From contig MU054033.1 of the NCBI GenBank assembly GCA_013239625.1, positions 310,001 through 374,000 on the forward strand: a stretch of 64,000 bases of DNA, written 5' to 3'. This document shows, in pieces, positions 12,916 to 26,286 of this stretch. The DNA comes from Lama guanicoe (lineage: Eukaryota). Position 1 is the stretch's first letter. Each line of letters opens with the position of its first letter. Both the position numbers and the translations under genes were made by a program. The notes under the pieces were generated by a model, which made no database searches, had not been told where the DNA came from, and worked only from the letters and a program-made list of their open reading frames with translations.

Positions 12916-15669
12916 ACCCACGTGCATGTCTGTGTGTGTGCAGTGCAGTGCAGGGGGGAGTTTCAGTTAGAGTTTGGAAGCTTGCCTTGGACCTCTCCAG
13001 GGCACAGAAATACCAAATGCAGAAGTTAACCAGTCAAGCAGGTGTGCATGTGTGTGTGCACCCATGCGTGTACGTGAGCGTGTGTGCACGCGTGCACAGA
13101 GGCGGTACTAAAGGAAGCGGAGATCCACAGCAAGCGGAGTCCATTTTCCGTGGTGGCAGGGTGGGGTCGCGTAGTGTGGTGAGTGCAGGGGTCTGTGCTC
13201 GGCTTGGCGGGAAGACAGACCCGGACTGGGTGGCACGTCACCATCCTTTTGGGGTCGGGGGGTGCTCTGGGCCCCGTCTCACCCCCAGCCACCCGAGGGT
13301 GGAAGGGCTTGGCTCCTGGCACTTGCCTAGGAGGTAGTGGCTGGACGCTGAGGTCTTTTGTCATCATCACAATTACGCTTGTCAGCGCGTCCATCAGTTT
13401 CCAGGCACCGAGACCTCAGCAGCCCCTCGGGACAGGATGCTCTGAACAGCCCTCAGGGAGCCTCAGGGGCCTCAGTTACTCCCTAGCCACTCAGTTCTCT
13501 GGCCCTGCAGTACGATTTTACTTCCTTGTGGGTTATGGCTTCTGCACAAAAGAGGACTCACTCCACTGTCCCTCTGTGCTCCCCTGGCCTCCTCCTCATC
13601 CTCTCCGTGACGGAAGGAACTGGCCTGGCAGTGCCAGACTTACTTTTCCAAGCGCTTTTTTGTTTGAAGAGCTTCAGGGGGTGTTACTGCTTGCCCACAT
13701 TTGGCTTAAATCATATATAAATAGTAATAATAGCTGAATGGACTGTAGGAGCTGTTTCTTTAATCCAGTTCCCATTTATGATGCCCACGCGTCTGTAAAA
13801 TCGCAGGCAGGTGAATATGGCCAGCGGGCCAGTCTGTTACTGAGCCAAACGGGATCTGAGAAATTAGTTTCAAGCGTAGAAAGCATTTGGGTTCCGATGC
13901 CCTGGGCCAGGACGGAGCACTTAACATAGAATTGGTGGTTGGTATTGCTAAAGGGAGAGAGATCCCAGAGCAAAAAAAAAGCCTGCATAGAAGAAGAAAA
14001 TGAATTCAAAGGACACTGATTTACAGCTGAAAAGCCGGCCTGAAGTTTCCTACGCCAAAGCACTGTCATCCTGAGGACTGAAGTCCGCCTTGGGACTCTG
14101 GCTATAGTGATACTGAACAGAATTTTTGTGTTCTTTGCTACATTAGACACACTATTTTATTACACTTACAAAAGGGTGCATTTGGCCTAGAAACCATTTG
14201 CTCTTTTGTTCCAAGGCTGTATTTTAAATGCACATGTAACATCTCAGATTTTGTAAAATCACTACTTTGGAATGTCTGTGGGAAGAGGGCCATTGCTGGG
14301 AGCCCGGGCGGGCGGTGCTGGTCTCGCTCCTCCTGTGGCCGCCAAAAATAGACCCGCTTGCTTGTGTCTCCTGTCTTAGGAGAAGGGCCACTCCCCTCCA
14401 CCCCCGAAACCAGAAGGGGAATTCCTGACTCTCCCCTCTTGAGGCTGTGTTGCAATTAGAGGTGATCTCAAGGGCACTCTAAATGACAGGGCAGGAATCG
14501 ATGCCTTCCTCACCAGGCTGTCCCCTGCTATTTGTGACATGTGGTGGCCGAACTAAAATTTCTTGGGACAGAGGAAACAAAGCCATCAGCAGAGGTCACC
14601 GTGCTGGCTGGGAGACGATGCCTGCTGTCTGATTATTGGATGCTGGGTCTCGAGTCTGGTCCGATGCAGGAATCAATTTGCATAGACGCTGGGTGTGTTT
14701 CTGGTTTATTCTGGGCCTCCTGGGTGTGTGTGTGATTGTCTCCTGGAGTTTACTGGAGAGTGAGAGTCCCCAAGGCTGACGGGTAGACTTGAAAACAGCA
14801 TCCCAGCTGCAGATACAGTTAGCGTTAAGTCTGGCTGGGAACTGGGTCCAGGCTTGAGCCGTGGACCTGGGCCCCTACACCTCCCTTCTTGTCCCCTGGC
14901 TTGTCATGGAAACCTGGGGCTCCCCCAGGCAGTGAGTAGAAGGCCAAAAATGTGGCCCCCTTCCTCTGGACAGAACTAACATGGGTTTCCGGGCTCTGAG
15001 CCCCGGCCAGTCTCAGCGTGCCGGCCCTTCACTGAGCATCCTTCGTCCCCCTGCCGGCCTGGAACCTGCGACGCCTGCTTGGCTGTCTGGAATCTGGACA
15101 AACTGAATGGTGCTGGGAGAAAGCGCAACCTACAGATGAGAGATTTCAAGGCGTGCGCAGCTGTGCTGTCCAGGGCTGACTGTTGGCACGGGACCTCGTG
15201 CGCGTGCCCACCCCCAGGGAGGACCGGGGTGTAGCTCACTTCCAGGAGCAGTGAGGCCCGGTTCTGCCTTCAAGCCTTCCTCTCTGTTTCTCCTTCTCAG
15301 TGTCCCTGCAGGGCCCCTCCCACTCTCTCGGGGTGGCTGCTGGCGACCTGCGTTTCGGCGGGGGTGGAGCGTTGCAGCCGGTGGCCAGTGTCTGGCCGGA
15401 CTGTCCATGGCTGTTGTTCCTACTGAAGGTGACAGGGAGGCGGTCAGTCTTCCTCAGCTCACGGGGTGTGAACACCATTCTGCAGCGACTTATTCACGTG
15501 CGCTCGCCTTATGTCTGTCCCAGGTGTGTGCACCTGGTGTATATTCATGTCTCCAACTCTGTGTGTGTCCATCCGTGTCCCTGTCCCTCTGAGAGGATGT
15601 GGGTGTTGCCCTGTTTGTCCAGCGGTCTCCTTCCTTCGACCTCTCTCCTGCCCTTTCTCCTCACTCCCT

Positions 15670-16087
15670 CCAGCCCCCTCCAAGGGCTGTCCTGACAAAG
15701 CACCACTGTCTGGGGGCCTGAGAAAACAGCAATTTATTCTCACACTTGTGGAGGCCAGACGTCCAAAACCCAGCTGTCGGCAGGATGAGTGCCTTCTGGA
15801 GACTGTGAGGGAGAAGTCGTCCCGTGTCCCTCTGAGCCTCTGGTGTCGCCCGGAATCCGTGGAGTCCCTGGGCCTGTGGCCGCGTGCCTCCAGCCTCTGC
15901 CTGTTTTCTCGTGATCTCCTCTGTGTCTGCGTCCAAATGTCCCTCGTATAAGGACGCCAGCTGCTTGATCCGCCCCCCCCCATATGACCTCATCTCAATT
16001 TGATTACATCGGAATGACCCTCTTTCCAAGGAAGGTCACATTCACAGCTTCCGACACATGTCACTGGGGGACGCTCACCCCACAATA
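15670..16087 (-). mobile_element. MLT1B/C-like LTR
   Basis: aatttattctcacacttgtggaggccagacgtccaaa...tataaggacgccag...atgacctcatctcaatttgattacat. Confidence 0.8.
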
Positions 16088-16249
16088 CCCTCTTCTTCTT
16101 CAAGTGTGCGAACACCCTACTTTTCTCCATCTCTCAGGTCCTTTCGTTTCATCCCCCCCCCACCTCGGTTTTCCTCATTTCCTGATTCCTGTCCTTTCTA
16201 ATCTCACACCGTTTTCTGACCCTGGTGCTCCTCCCCCTGGTAGGCTCCG

Positions 16250-16297
16250 CCCCCTTCCCCCCCCCCCCTAAACCCCCCCCCCCCCCCCCCCAACCCC
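16250..16297. repeat. Interrupted poly-C tract
   Basis: C5-tt-C12-taaa-C19-aa-C4. Confidence 0.9.
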
Positions 16298-16894
16298 GCT
16301 CCTTCCTGCAGCTGGCTCAGCACAGACCACTAGGCAGCTCAGCCGGAAAGTCTGAGCGGGAGGGACCCACTGCCACCGCCCCGACTGATTTATTGGCCTG
16401 TAAATACTTCCTTCTGGGAAGAGCAGCTTTGTGTCCTCTGCGGGCCTCTCAGGGTCCCCTCGTCACCTGCCCTTCCAGGCAGGTGGTTTTATTTCCCAGC
16501 AGTCAAAGCCCTGTGACCTCGTGACCCTAGCCCATACGGCTTTCCTTATCTCCTTCCCAGGGCAGTCAGTGTGACCTGGTCAGCACGCAGATGCTCAGAC
16601 ACCTTAGTCATTTGACCCAGTTGGTGACTATGCGGACGGTCAGTTGGGGGGAAAAACCATTAATCATTGACCTGACTGTGGGGGCAGGAGTGAAGTCCCC
16701 TGGAGACGGGGTCTCCTGTTACCTCTACCTTGGTGTGTTTTCATGCTTGGACTGAGCTCCACTCTCCAGAGTTAGAGGCGGGCAGAGAGCTGGCCCGGAC
16801 ACTGGAGAGATGGAATCCATTAGCATCAGTCGTTAAAGTTACCCCGCTGTGAGGAAGGGGAGGCCCTCTTGGATAATCAAAAGGGAAGACTTCT

Positions 16895-17607
16895 CTTTTT
16901 AATTGAAGCACAGTGGATTTACAATGCTGTGTTAGTTTCTGGTGTACAGCATAGTGATTCATATATATACATATATGAATATGTATTTTTTCATTATAGG
17001 TTATTACAAGCTAGTGAATATAGTTTCCTGTGCTTTACAGTAGGACCTTGTTATTTATCTATTTTATGTATAGTAGTTTGTATCTGCTAATCCCAGACTC
17101 CTAATTTATCCCTGCCTCCCTTTCCCCTTTGGTTACCGTAAGTTTGTTTTCTATGTCTATGAGCCTCTTTCTGTTTTGTAAATAAGTTCATTTGTGTCAT
17201 TTGTTTTTAGAGTCCACATATAAGTGATACCACATGATGTTTGTCTTTCACTGTCTGACTTACTTCACATAGTACGATAATTACTAGGTTCATCCATGTT
17301 CCTTTTTTATGGTTAGTAATATTCCACTGTATGTGTGTGTGTGTGTGTGTGTGTACACCACCACTTTTTCCAGTCATCTGTTGATAGACATGTCGGCTGC
17401 TTCCTTGTCTTGGCTGTTGTAAATAGTGCTGTTCTGAACATTGGGGTGCATGCATCTTTTCAAACTAGAGTTTTCTCCAGATATATGCCCAGTAGTGGGA
17501 TTGCTAGATCCTATGGTAACTCTGTAGTTTTTATCAAGGAATCCCCATACCGTCCTCCATAGAGGCTGCACCGAACTACATTCCCACCAACAGCTTAGGA
17601 GGTTCTG
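16895..17607 (-). mobile_element. 5'-truncated L1 3' end
   Basis: Reverse complement of the 12.3 kb element. Diverged 15-bp TSD aaagggaagacttct (16880-16894) / aaaggaaagaattct (17608-17622). Contains a (GT)n tract. Confidence 0.92.
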
Positions 17608-19680
17608 AAAGGAAAGAATTCTGTTCTCCCTTGAGAGCTGGCTGGATCCACGGTAGCCGAGCTCTCAGTCGCCTGTGCCCAGCTCCCATGAGTCGTGTCT
17701 GGAGAGGGTGGAGCAGCCCTAAAGGAAGCCTTTGTGAGCTAGAGGGGAGTTTAGCAACAGCGCGTACCAACCACATTTCACACATAAAGGAAATGAAGCT
17801 GCGAGGTTAAACAGCTGGCTGTGAATTAAACCCCGAGGGAAACAGCAACATTGCGCTTCACCTTCGGAGAACTTTCTTTCCACTTTGCTTTTGGCCTCTA
17901 GAGAACTAATGATGGTTATGATGGTGGACTAGCCTTAGCTTGGCCACCCTCCCACTTAAATTACATACAAGTGCTCAGTACAGTATTAGTAAAAGATGTA
18001 AATGCTTAGATGAATTTGCAAGAGAGATGGTTTAGAACTGCCCAGGAGCCACGAATAGGAAGAAAACAGAATTGTGGTGGCCCTGGGTTTCCGGGGCAGG
18101 AACCACCGAGGTGGTTCCCCTCTGTTTGCAACCTTGGAGAACGGCCCACTTTTCCTGGGAAAAGCCCTATCTGAGACAAAGACTTGGATTCTGCAGGTGC
18201 CATGTGGTCATGACTTGAGCTCTCCGGCAGTGAGAGGCCACAGTGTCACCACGTGGCCGTGGGAGCAGGTGTGGATGCATCCACCGCCTCCAGGGTCGAA
18301 GGAACACCAGTAAGACGGGGGCACCTCGGCCACAGTGGGTGCGGGCAGAGGGTAGCTGCAGACGCGTCGGCTCCTCCAGCGCTCTGAGGCTGGAGTATCC
18401 TACCCAGAGGCAGAAAATCCTGGCTTTGAGATCGCGTGGAATGAAATGAATAGGCGCAAGTTACTGATTTCACGGGGAATGGGGTGTATTGCATTTCCTT
18501 CCACCAGGAGAAATCAGGGGTTGAGACAAAACTCAGGTTTGGCTTTAGGAAAATGAAGGAATCTGCATTTCTTATGCCTTAATAGAAGGCCGATGAAACA
18601 GCATCTCTGCTGCAGGAACTATTCTGACCAGTTGCAACAGGGGCCTTGGGTTTCAGTATCGAGCGAGAAGGCCACCCGTGGGGCAGAGGGCTGAGGGGTT
18701 GTGGATAAACCGCCATGGCTAAGGGGACCTAAGTAAGGGGTGATTTCTCACTCAGGAGCCCAGAAGGGTGGGAAGAGAGGGCTCCCCTCAGCCCCGGCTT
18801 GAGGTGCAGGAGAGGAGGCGTTCCCATGAGAACTCAGACTTGGACCCACGCCTCAGGAAACCAAATACAGGACTGCAACGTCGTGGGGGAGTCCCAGGCC
18901 CAGGAGCTCCCCTGAAAACTTGGCACTGCCTGTTGCAGGGACCCAGTCCTCAAGGGATCCCCACAGAAAACTCAGCCCCACAGTGAAAAATTGCAGACTA
19001 CACTCAGAGAGGCCCAGGGTGAGTGAGGAGTCAGTAAACAGTGAAGCCAGAAGGATTAAAGATAAAGGAAGAAAAGGCTGGGGTGGGTTTGATAATGATC
19101 TGGAGATCCTCTAGAAATGAAAAAATGTAGTAGATAAAATGAGAAACTTAATTGACAGTAGATGGTGCATAGGTAAAGATTAAAAAAAGAATAGAAAAGA
19201 CGAAGGTAGGTGAAGAACACCGAGGAATCACATTAAGGGAATTCGGCATCATCTAGAGAAGACATTACAGAGGAGAAGTAAAGGGGAAGGGAGAAATAAA
19301 ACATCGCATGGGATACTGGCAGAGAATTTTACAGAACTGATGGAAGGCATGCGTCTTCAGATGTTGGGAACGGCACTGAGGCCTGTTGAGGCTAAAATAA
19401 AAATAAATTCGATTTAGACTCATCTTGATCAGCTCCATTTAAAAATTGGGATGTTGGTGGAGATAAAACTGCATTTATTATAGGCAAACTATTAGATTTC
19501 GGCATATTATCCTAATTTCCTATCGTTGCTGGAAACACACCAGCACAATCTTAGTAGCCATAAAACGGTGCATAAAATCTTCACGTTGTGTACATGAGTA
19601 TTACTCTGTTAATATCTGTATTGTTCTCTGTGTTTGCAGCATTTCAGAATTAAGAATGGTTAGCTCAAAAATAATGTTGA

Positions 19681-19835
19681 GGAGAGGGTATATAGCTCAA
19701 GTTGTAGAGCGCATGCTTGGCATGCACGAGGTCCTGGGTTCAATCCCCAGTCCCTCCTCTAAAAATAAATAAACCTAATTACCTTCCCCTTCAAATAAAA
19801 TTATTAAATACAATAATAAATAAGTAAAATGTTTA
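19681..19835 (+). mobile_element. vic-1-like SINE
   Basis: Same head (tagctcaagttgtagag...gggttcaatcccc) and aataaacctaattacc tail. TSD core TAATGTTGA at 19672-19680 and 19841-19849. Confidence 0.9.
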
Positions 19836-20023
19836 AAAAGTAATGTTGAACAGGAGGCAAGATCTCCTACTGTCTATGAGCAGTATGAACTTTAGAAGCA
19901 AAAAGGCTATATTATTATTATTTGAAGAAAATGATACATAAGTAGGAAATCTAAGGCAGTCGATTCAGAAACTGTTATAACTCAGGTAGTTCAGGAAGGT
20001 GGCGAGATAGAAGAAGTCTATAC

Positions 20024-20508
20024 GTGGTGGACAGAATAATGGCCTCCCAACAACGTCCACATCCTAATTCCTGGAACCTGGGACCATGTTACCTTTGATG
20101 GCCCAGGTGACTTTGCAGATGGGACCGAGTTCAGGATTTTGCGATGGGAAGTGATCCTGGATCATCCAGCTGGGCCAGTGTAATCACAGAGGTCTTTGTA
20201 AGAGAGAGACAGGAGGGTCAGAGACACTCATTGGAGATGTGATGATGGAAGCAGAGGTTGGGGTGATACAAGGAAGGGGCCAGGAGCCAGGGCATGGAGG
20301 TGACCTCCAGAAGCTGGGTAAGGCAGGGAAAGAGGCTGTCCCAGAGCCTCCAGAAGGAATGCAGCTCTGCCAACACCTTGATTTTTGGACTTTGGACCTG
20401 CAGAACTGTATGATGGTACATTTGTGTTGTCGGTTTGTGCTAATCTGTGCATTAATGTAATGTAATGTAATGTAATGTAATGTACAGCAGCAATAGGAAG
20501 TTAGTACA
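20024..20508 (+). mobile_element. MLT1D-like LTR with internal (TAATG)6
   Basis: gtggacagaataatggcctcccaa...gactttgcagatg...ccagagcctccagaaggaatgcagctctgccaacaccttgattt...acagcagcaataggaag. (TAATG)6 at 20453-20482. Confidence 0.85.
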
Positions 20509-23500
20509 TGTGGAAATCTAATCATTTTCCTATAATAAATGCAGTTGTCTCTCCATCAACATCCCATTTTTAAGTGGAACTTCTCAGGATGATTCTAAAT
20601 TGAATCTGAAACAGAGAGAGCCATGAAATCGAGAAACTTGCCCCCCAAGTAACATTTGTTATTCTTGATGTCAAAATGTATCTCAGATCTGCATCATGAT
20701 TTGACAGGTGTGATGTCACCATAGCAACAGGCCAAGACCAGTGGGGTGGGGGCAAGGTTGGAAATGAACAGAGGGGGCCGCCGGAGGAACGCTCTCTGTG
20801 GACGGGACCTTCCAGCAGAGAACTGACCCTTGAGAAATAGCAAAGATCTGAGGACAGGGGGTTCTTGGCTGACTGCACAATGAGGGATTGGTTGGGTCTG
20901 TTTTAGGAAGAGCAAGGGAACCCTCCATCTGGTAGGGGAGAGTGTGGGAAGGGACAGAAAGTTCTAGAAGCCTTGATACCATGGGTATAAATCAGCGTTT
21001 CTTCATTATCTGCCTTCTGGTTTCTTCTTGAAGGCTCAGCGTTACTCACCTGCCTGGGGAGGGAGCTATGAATTTGTGAAATTACCATGTCATTGATCCA
21101 TGGTTTGGTCTCTCTGAACTTCCAGGAGAGCTTGGAGGAGGCTGATCCGAGGCTTGGGTGGGGATGTGGGTGTCCTCCGTGGAGATCTGCCCTTTTGTCC
21201 ATCCCCAGCTGGACAGGCCTTTCGGAGGCGTTAGCATCCTCCGGGAACCGCCCCAGGTGCAGGTGCTGGCCACCTGGGAGCACTGTTTCCAGTCCTCGCG
21301 TTCCCTGCAGCAGTGCCGCTCCGTGCTGGCTCTCGTCTGCGCTGAGTTCATTCCTGGGTGGGTTTGGTTCACTGGGACGGTGGCTTTTCTTCCTCCTCAG
21401 CCCTTCAGAGCAGGGCTTCTTGGTCTGGGCTGCACACTTAGAGCTTTAGACAAATTCCCAGGCACTTAATTGCCATGGGATGCAGGTAGATTATTTTTAT
21501 AAGTTTCCAGGTGACCCCCATGTGAAGACATGGTTGAACCCCACTGGTTTAGATGGTGTAAGATCGAGAAGACTTGGCAAGAACTCCACATGTGGGCCAG
21601 ATCACTAGATTCTTCTTTGTAGTCTATAAACTGAGGAAGGTGTGACTTCAGGGATGAGGGTTCAATCTGGTTGAGAAGAAAAGGGGATCCGGATAAACTG
21701 GGCCCCCCAGGCTCAGAGGAGACCAGTGGAAGGCTTAACGCCAGGATCTCAGCAAGGCTGCGGGTGGCGGCCAGCACCCTGGGAAGGATGCTTTCCATGG
21801 AGTGGCCCCCCTCCCCTTTGCCGGCCACCTCCACCTGCTTTTACCTGGCTTGTTCACCTGGTCTCACCTGCCCACCCCTCTGCAGGGGGCATTTCCTGAC
21901 CCCAGAACTACATTTGTAATGTTGTGCAGCCATCACTTCTCTCTAGTTCTAGACAGTTCCATCACCCCAGATGGAGACCCCAAACGCACAAAGAGTTACT
22001 CCATAATTTCTCCTCCTCCCAGCCTCTGGCAACTACAGAACACTAATTTGTTTTCTGTCTCTGAATTTACCCATTCTGGATATTTCATATAAACAGATCC
22101 AGCCAAAAAAAAAAAAAAAACCAATCCAGCCAAGAGCGGTGCGATGATTAAATCAGCTCAATCCCAGCACACGTGGGCTTCTTCAGTCCTCATTAGCCAG
22201 TATTGCTGAAGCATCGAAAACAGAAATACTGGCACCGTCGCTAAATTAGGCCTAATTCTGACTCGAGGAGGTGGTTTCACAGCGCCCCACCCGATGGGGT
22301 GGGGCTGACACCACGTTCTCTGTGCCCATGCGGAGGGCAGACCGTTCTGTGTTCTGTGTTTCTCCAAAGGGCGCCTTCCTGGGGGAGGGGAGTGGGACAC
22401 AGAGACTCAGTCTAAACCACTGTCAACTTGTCCATCAAGGGTATAGGAGAAGCTGTTGACGGAACAGTGGGGAAGAATTCCACGTTTCCATTTGATGTTA
22501 AAAAAAAAAAAGATGTTCTTAAAAAGAAGTTAACACTGAGGGTCTATGTTTAGAGCAACTGGACAGTCCTGAACTGTCCCCAGGTTCCCTTCTAAGTTGT
22601 ACAAAAGGAACCATCTCCTTAACCTTCTCCTCTGAGTGCTTCCCTCTGTTTCTTCCCTCTCTAGACAAATGTTTTTTCCATGTTGAAGAAGATCCCTCTG
22701 TATCTTTCAAACTGTGTAAGTGACCAGTGGAGATGCCCTGAGCTCATGTATGCACATGCCCCCAAAATGCAGGGAGGTGGTGGCAGAACGACATTTAAGC
22801 CAGTCCCCCCAAACGGATGACATAAAAGCCAGCCGCAACCGCGCTGTCCTGGCCCTCAGGACCCCTAGGCCTGTCCTTTTAGATTTTTGCTCATCGGCTC
22901 GGAGACCTAGGCCCTCACATTTTTACCTTCACACCAAGCTGTTGCCTGTGTCTCCTGGGAAGCCACGGTTTGTCAGAGGACTTTGGAAAACACTGTCATC
23001 CGTGTAGGGATGAGAGAATTTTAATTAAACGTTTGCTGAGAAGAAGAGATCATGGTGACTTTCATCTGAGATGTCACTTGCTGTTTTAAGTTACAGTTTG
23101 ATGGCGATTTTATACACCCTACTGTGCATTTAGTGTTACGAGATCTGAATAAAACATTTGAGTCTTAAGCAGCTAGCAAGCGCTGGGGCTCTGGCCAGAA
23201 TGCAGTGAAGCCACGTGCTGGAGGTCACCTGGGCAGCCCAGATTATGCCAAAGTCACTGCTTCAGACGGTCAAATCCAATTTCACTTTGTTTTCAAAGCT
23301 GCAGGGCCAAGGTCAGGGGCCTCGGGAATTCTAGTCTCCCCGGGCTGAGCTTGTGCAGTGAGTGAACGGCCCCGAAAGTCCAGAATGTCCCCCTGCTTGA
23401 TTCAGCCTCTTTTCAGAGGTTTGTCATTGCGATTACAGTTACCTTCCAGCTTTGCGTCATCAGTGAGAATTCTCTTTATCACTTAATTCGGATCCTGGAG

Positions 23501-24482
23501 GAAGGGGTTGGCAAGGGGAGAATCAAGATAGAACCTAATGATGTTGCTCATAATAATCAGAAATTGAAATCAGTAATAATTAGTGATACCTCTCTCGACA
23601 GATACCTCTCGACTCTTTCTCGTAAAAAAAAACTGTCCCTTCGTCTTGAAATTCCCAACCTCCCACATCCTGCCACCCAACAGCTGGGAGCCGTCCCCCA
23701 TGCGGTGAAACTTACCCCCCAGATCCACTAGAAATCCTGTAATTTTTTATCCCATTAAAGCAGTCATAAGAGATAAATGCCACTGTTCAATTGTTCACTT
23801 CATTAAAAAAGAAAGGAAAAAATAAAAAAGAATAGGGACCCACCAGAACTCAGGCCAAAAAGATTCAGAATGTGAATCTACAGTCATTTTTCAGCTGGCT
23901 TTATTATCTTAGCTTTGTCTGCAGGGAGCGTATCTCCTGATGAGTGATTTGTCTTTTCTGTCCAGCCTGAGTTTTGTTTTTGTTTTTCTGTATTATGGAA
24001 TTTTTAGCGTGCATGTTTATTTTGATAGAGAGGAGCCCCTCGGCCCCTGACCTGCACACACACACACACACCCCACTCCCCCACTGTCTGTCTCACTTCC
24101 TCTTGTTTCCCACGGCCTGTGTCACCAGCTGAGGTCTCCTGCCCAAGGGTGAACTGGGACCCCCCCTCCATTCCAGGGCAGCGTTTCCAGCCCGACTTAC
24201 TGTGCATTTCAGGGACTTTTAAGCCCTGCTCCCCACTGACGAGCTCTGGGTGGCTTCTGAGTGCGGTGGGACGGAGCCTCCAGCAGCCCTCAGCCTGATT
24301 CTTTTTGTTCTGTTCAGGTCGTTTTTGACAATGTCCCTGGTCACACGCTTTCTCATTCCACTTTCCTAATTGTGGCTTTGTGCTCGATGGTGTGGTGGGA
24401 GGGAGGGTGGAACTTCCTGAGCGCGAGTTTGCATCCTAAATTAGCGAGGTTAGCGTAGATGTAGTGCTTGCAAAGAGAAGTA

Positions 24483-25085
24483 AAGTTGATCCTCCTGACT
24501 GGCAGAGTCCATCTTTGCACGTTTGCTGACCACCTAAAAAGTATTTGTGACCCCAGATCAACCCTCAAGGCACCCTTGTGGTCATTCCCAGGCATTCTCA
24601 GAGCAGAGAAAATTTGGAATTGCCCCATGCACACGTTCCCAGCCGAGCTTGAAAGAGGAGCCACTGCCTAATGTCTCAACTCATACTGTAAACACATGTC
24701 TTTTTTGTGGTCTGTTTGGTCCCCTGTTTTTTTGCATTTTGGGGCTTTTTGTGGGTCATCTGCCATTAAAAATGCCCCCAGTGCTGAAGTGCTGTCCAGT
24801 GTCCTGAGCGCAAGGAGGCTGTGAGGTGCCTCCTGGAGACAGCGTGTGTGTTCGTGCTGCTGGCCGTGAGCTCAGCATGAGTGAATCAACAATGCGCAGT
24901 ACATAAGGTGTCTTTAAACAGAAACACAGTAAAGCAAAGTTAGGTACTGGGTCTGCTGATGAGAACGCAGCGATCAGAGGCTCACAGGAGCCTAAGCCTG
25001 TGTTTCCCCCCCGGGAGCAGTGGTTCTGTGTCTGCTCTCTCAGTGTTCTCAGGAACATTCCAGAACATACCCCCCCCCCCATAAC
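24483..25085. mobile_element. MER82-like TcMar-Tigger DNA transposon
   Basis: TA + agttgatcctc terminus; cacgttcccagc, gtgctgaagtgctgtc, gtgtctttaaacagaaacaca. Ends about 130 bp before exon 3. Confidence 0.85.
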
Positions 25086-25181
25086 AGGTCTGGGCCACAC
25101 CTGTGTCAGAGAACAGCAGAGCCTGCCCTGAGCGGCCCCTGGGAGGAGCCCCCGGCAGCCGTTCCCGCCAGCCCTCCCTGA

Positions 25182-25703
<522 letters not shown>

Positions 25704-26255
25704 TAAACGTGGGGTGCAGAAAATAATCCCAGACTGGCTGCGTGTCGGGGGGTCGCCGCCCTCCCCCTCCTTCCACCGCACTGCAGGGCCAGAGCCACCC
25801 ACACGGGCACCCCCCGCCCCGCCCAGGGGGAGGGCAGGGGCCAGAGCCTGATGACAGCTCTGTGCCCTCGTGCTCGTCGCAGGTGAAGCAGTTAAACAGA
25901 CTATGTATACCCTGTCATCCCAGCTCCGAGGAGGTCCCCACTATGCCCCGGCCATTCTGTCACCAGTTAGCGACACATCTTGTGAATCAAGTTTAGATGA
26001 GAAGAGAGGGAGAAAAGACAGCATAAGCTCTGAAAATATCTCCAAACGTTTCTGCATGAACAGAGCAGCCCTCCTCCCCTCGGTGGTTTTCGCCATCCGT
26101 GGCGTGTAATCTTGGGTAGAGCCAGAGGCCGAGGACACTCACCACAAATGAGCACCCAGGGCTGTGGTCGCCTTTACCACTGGCTGGATTGGAAAAAAAA
26201 ATTTATTCCAAATCCTGAAGTATTAATAACTTGTCTTTTTTTTTTTTCCTTTTAG

Positions 26256-26286
26256 GTCCAACACACAGCCCAAATCATAACTTTCA
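26256..26286 (+). CDS. ROR2: ROR2 exon 4 (31-nt micro-exon)
   Basis: Long T tract + ttag acceptor, consensus gtaagt donor. Encodes (G)PTHSPNHNF(Q); restores the frame between exons 3 and 5. Confidence 0.95.

Noticed and set aside
13083..13098. 16-bp perfect palindrome TGTGCACGCGTGCACA
   Set aside because: Expected inside a degenerate (TG/CA)n tract.
18570..19420. Purine-rich stretch with short ORFs
   Set aside because: Looks like a decayed old L1 5'/ORF1 region, too degenerate to call.
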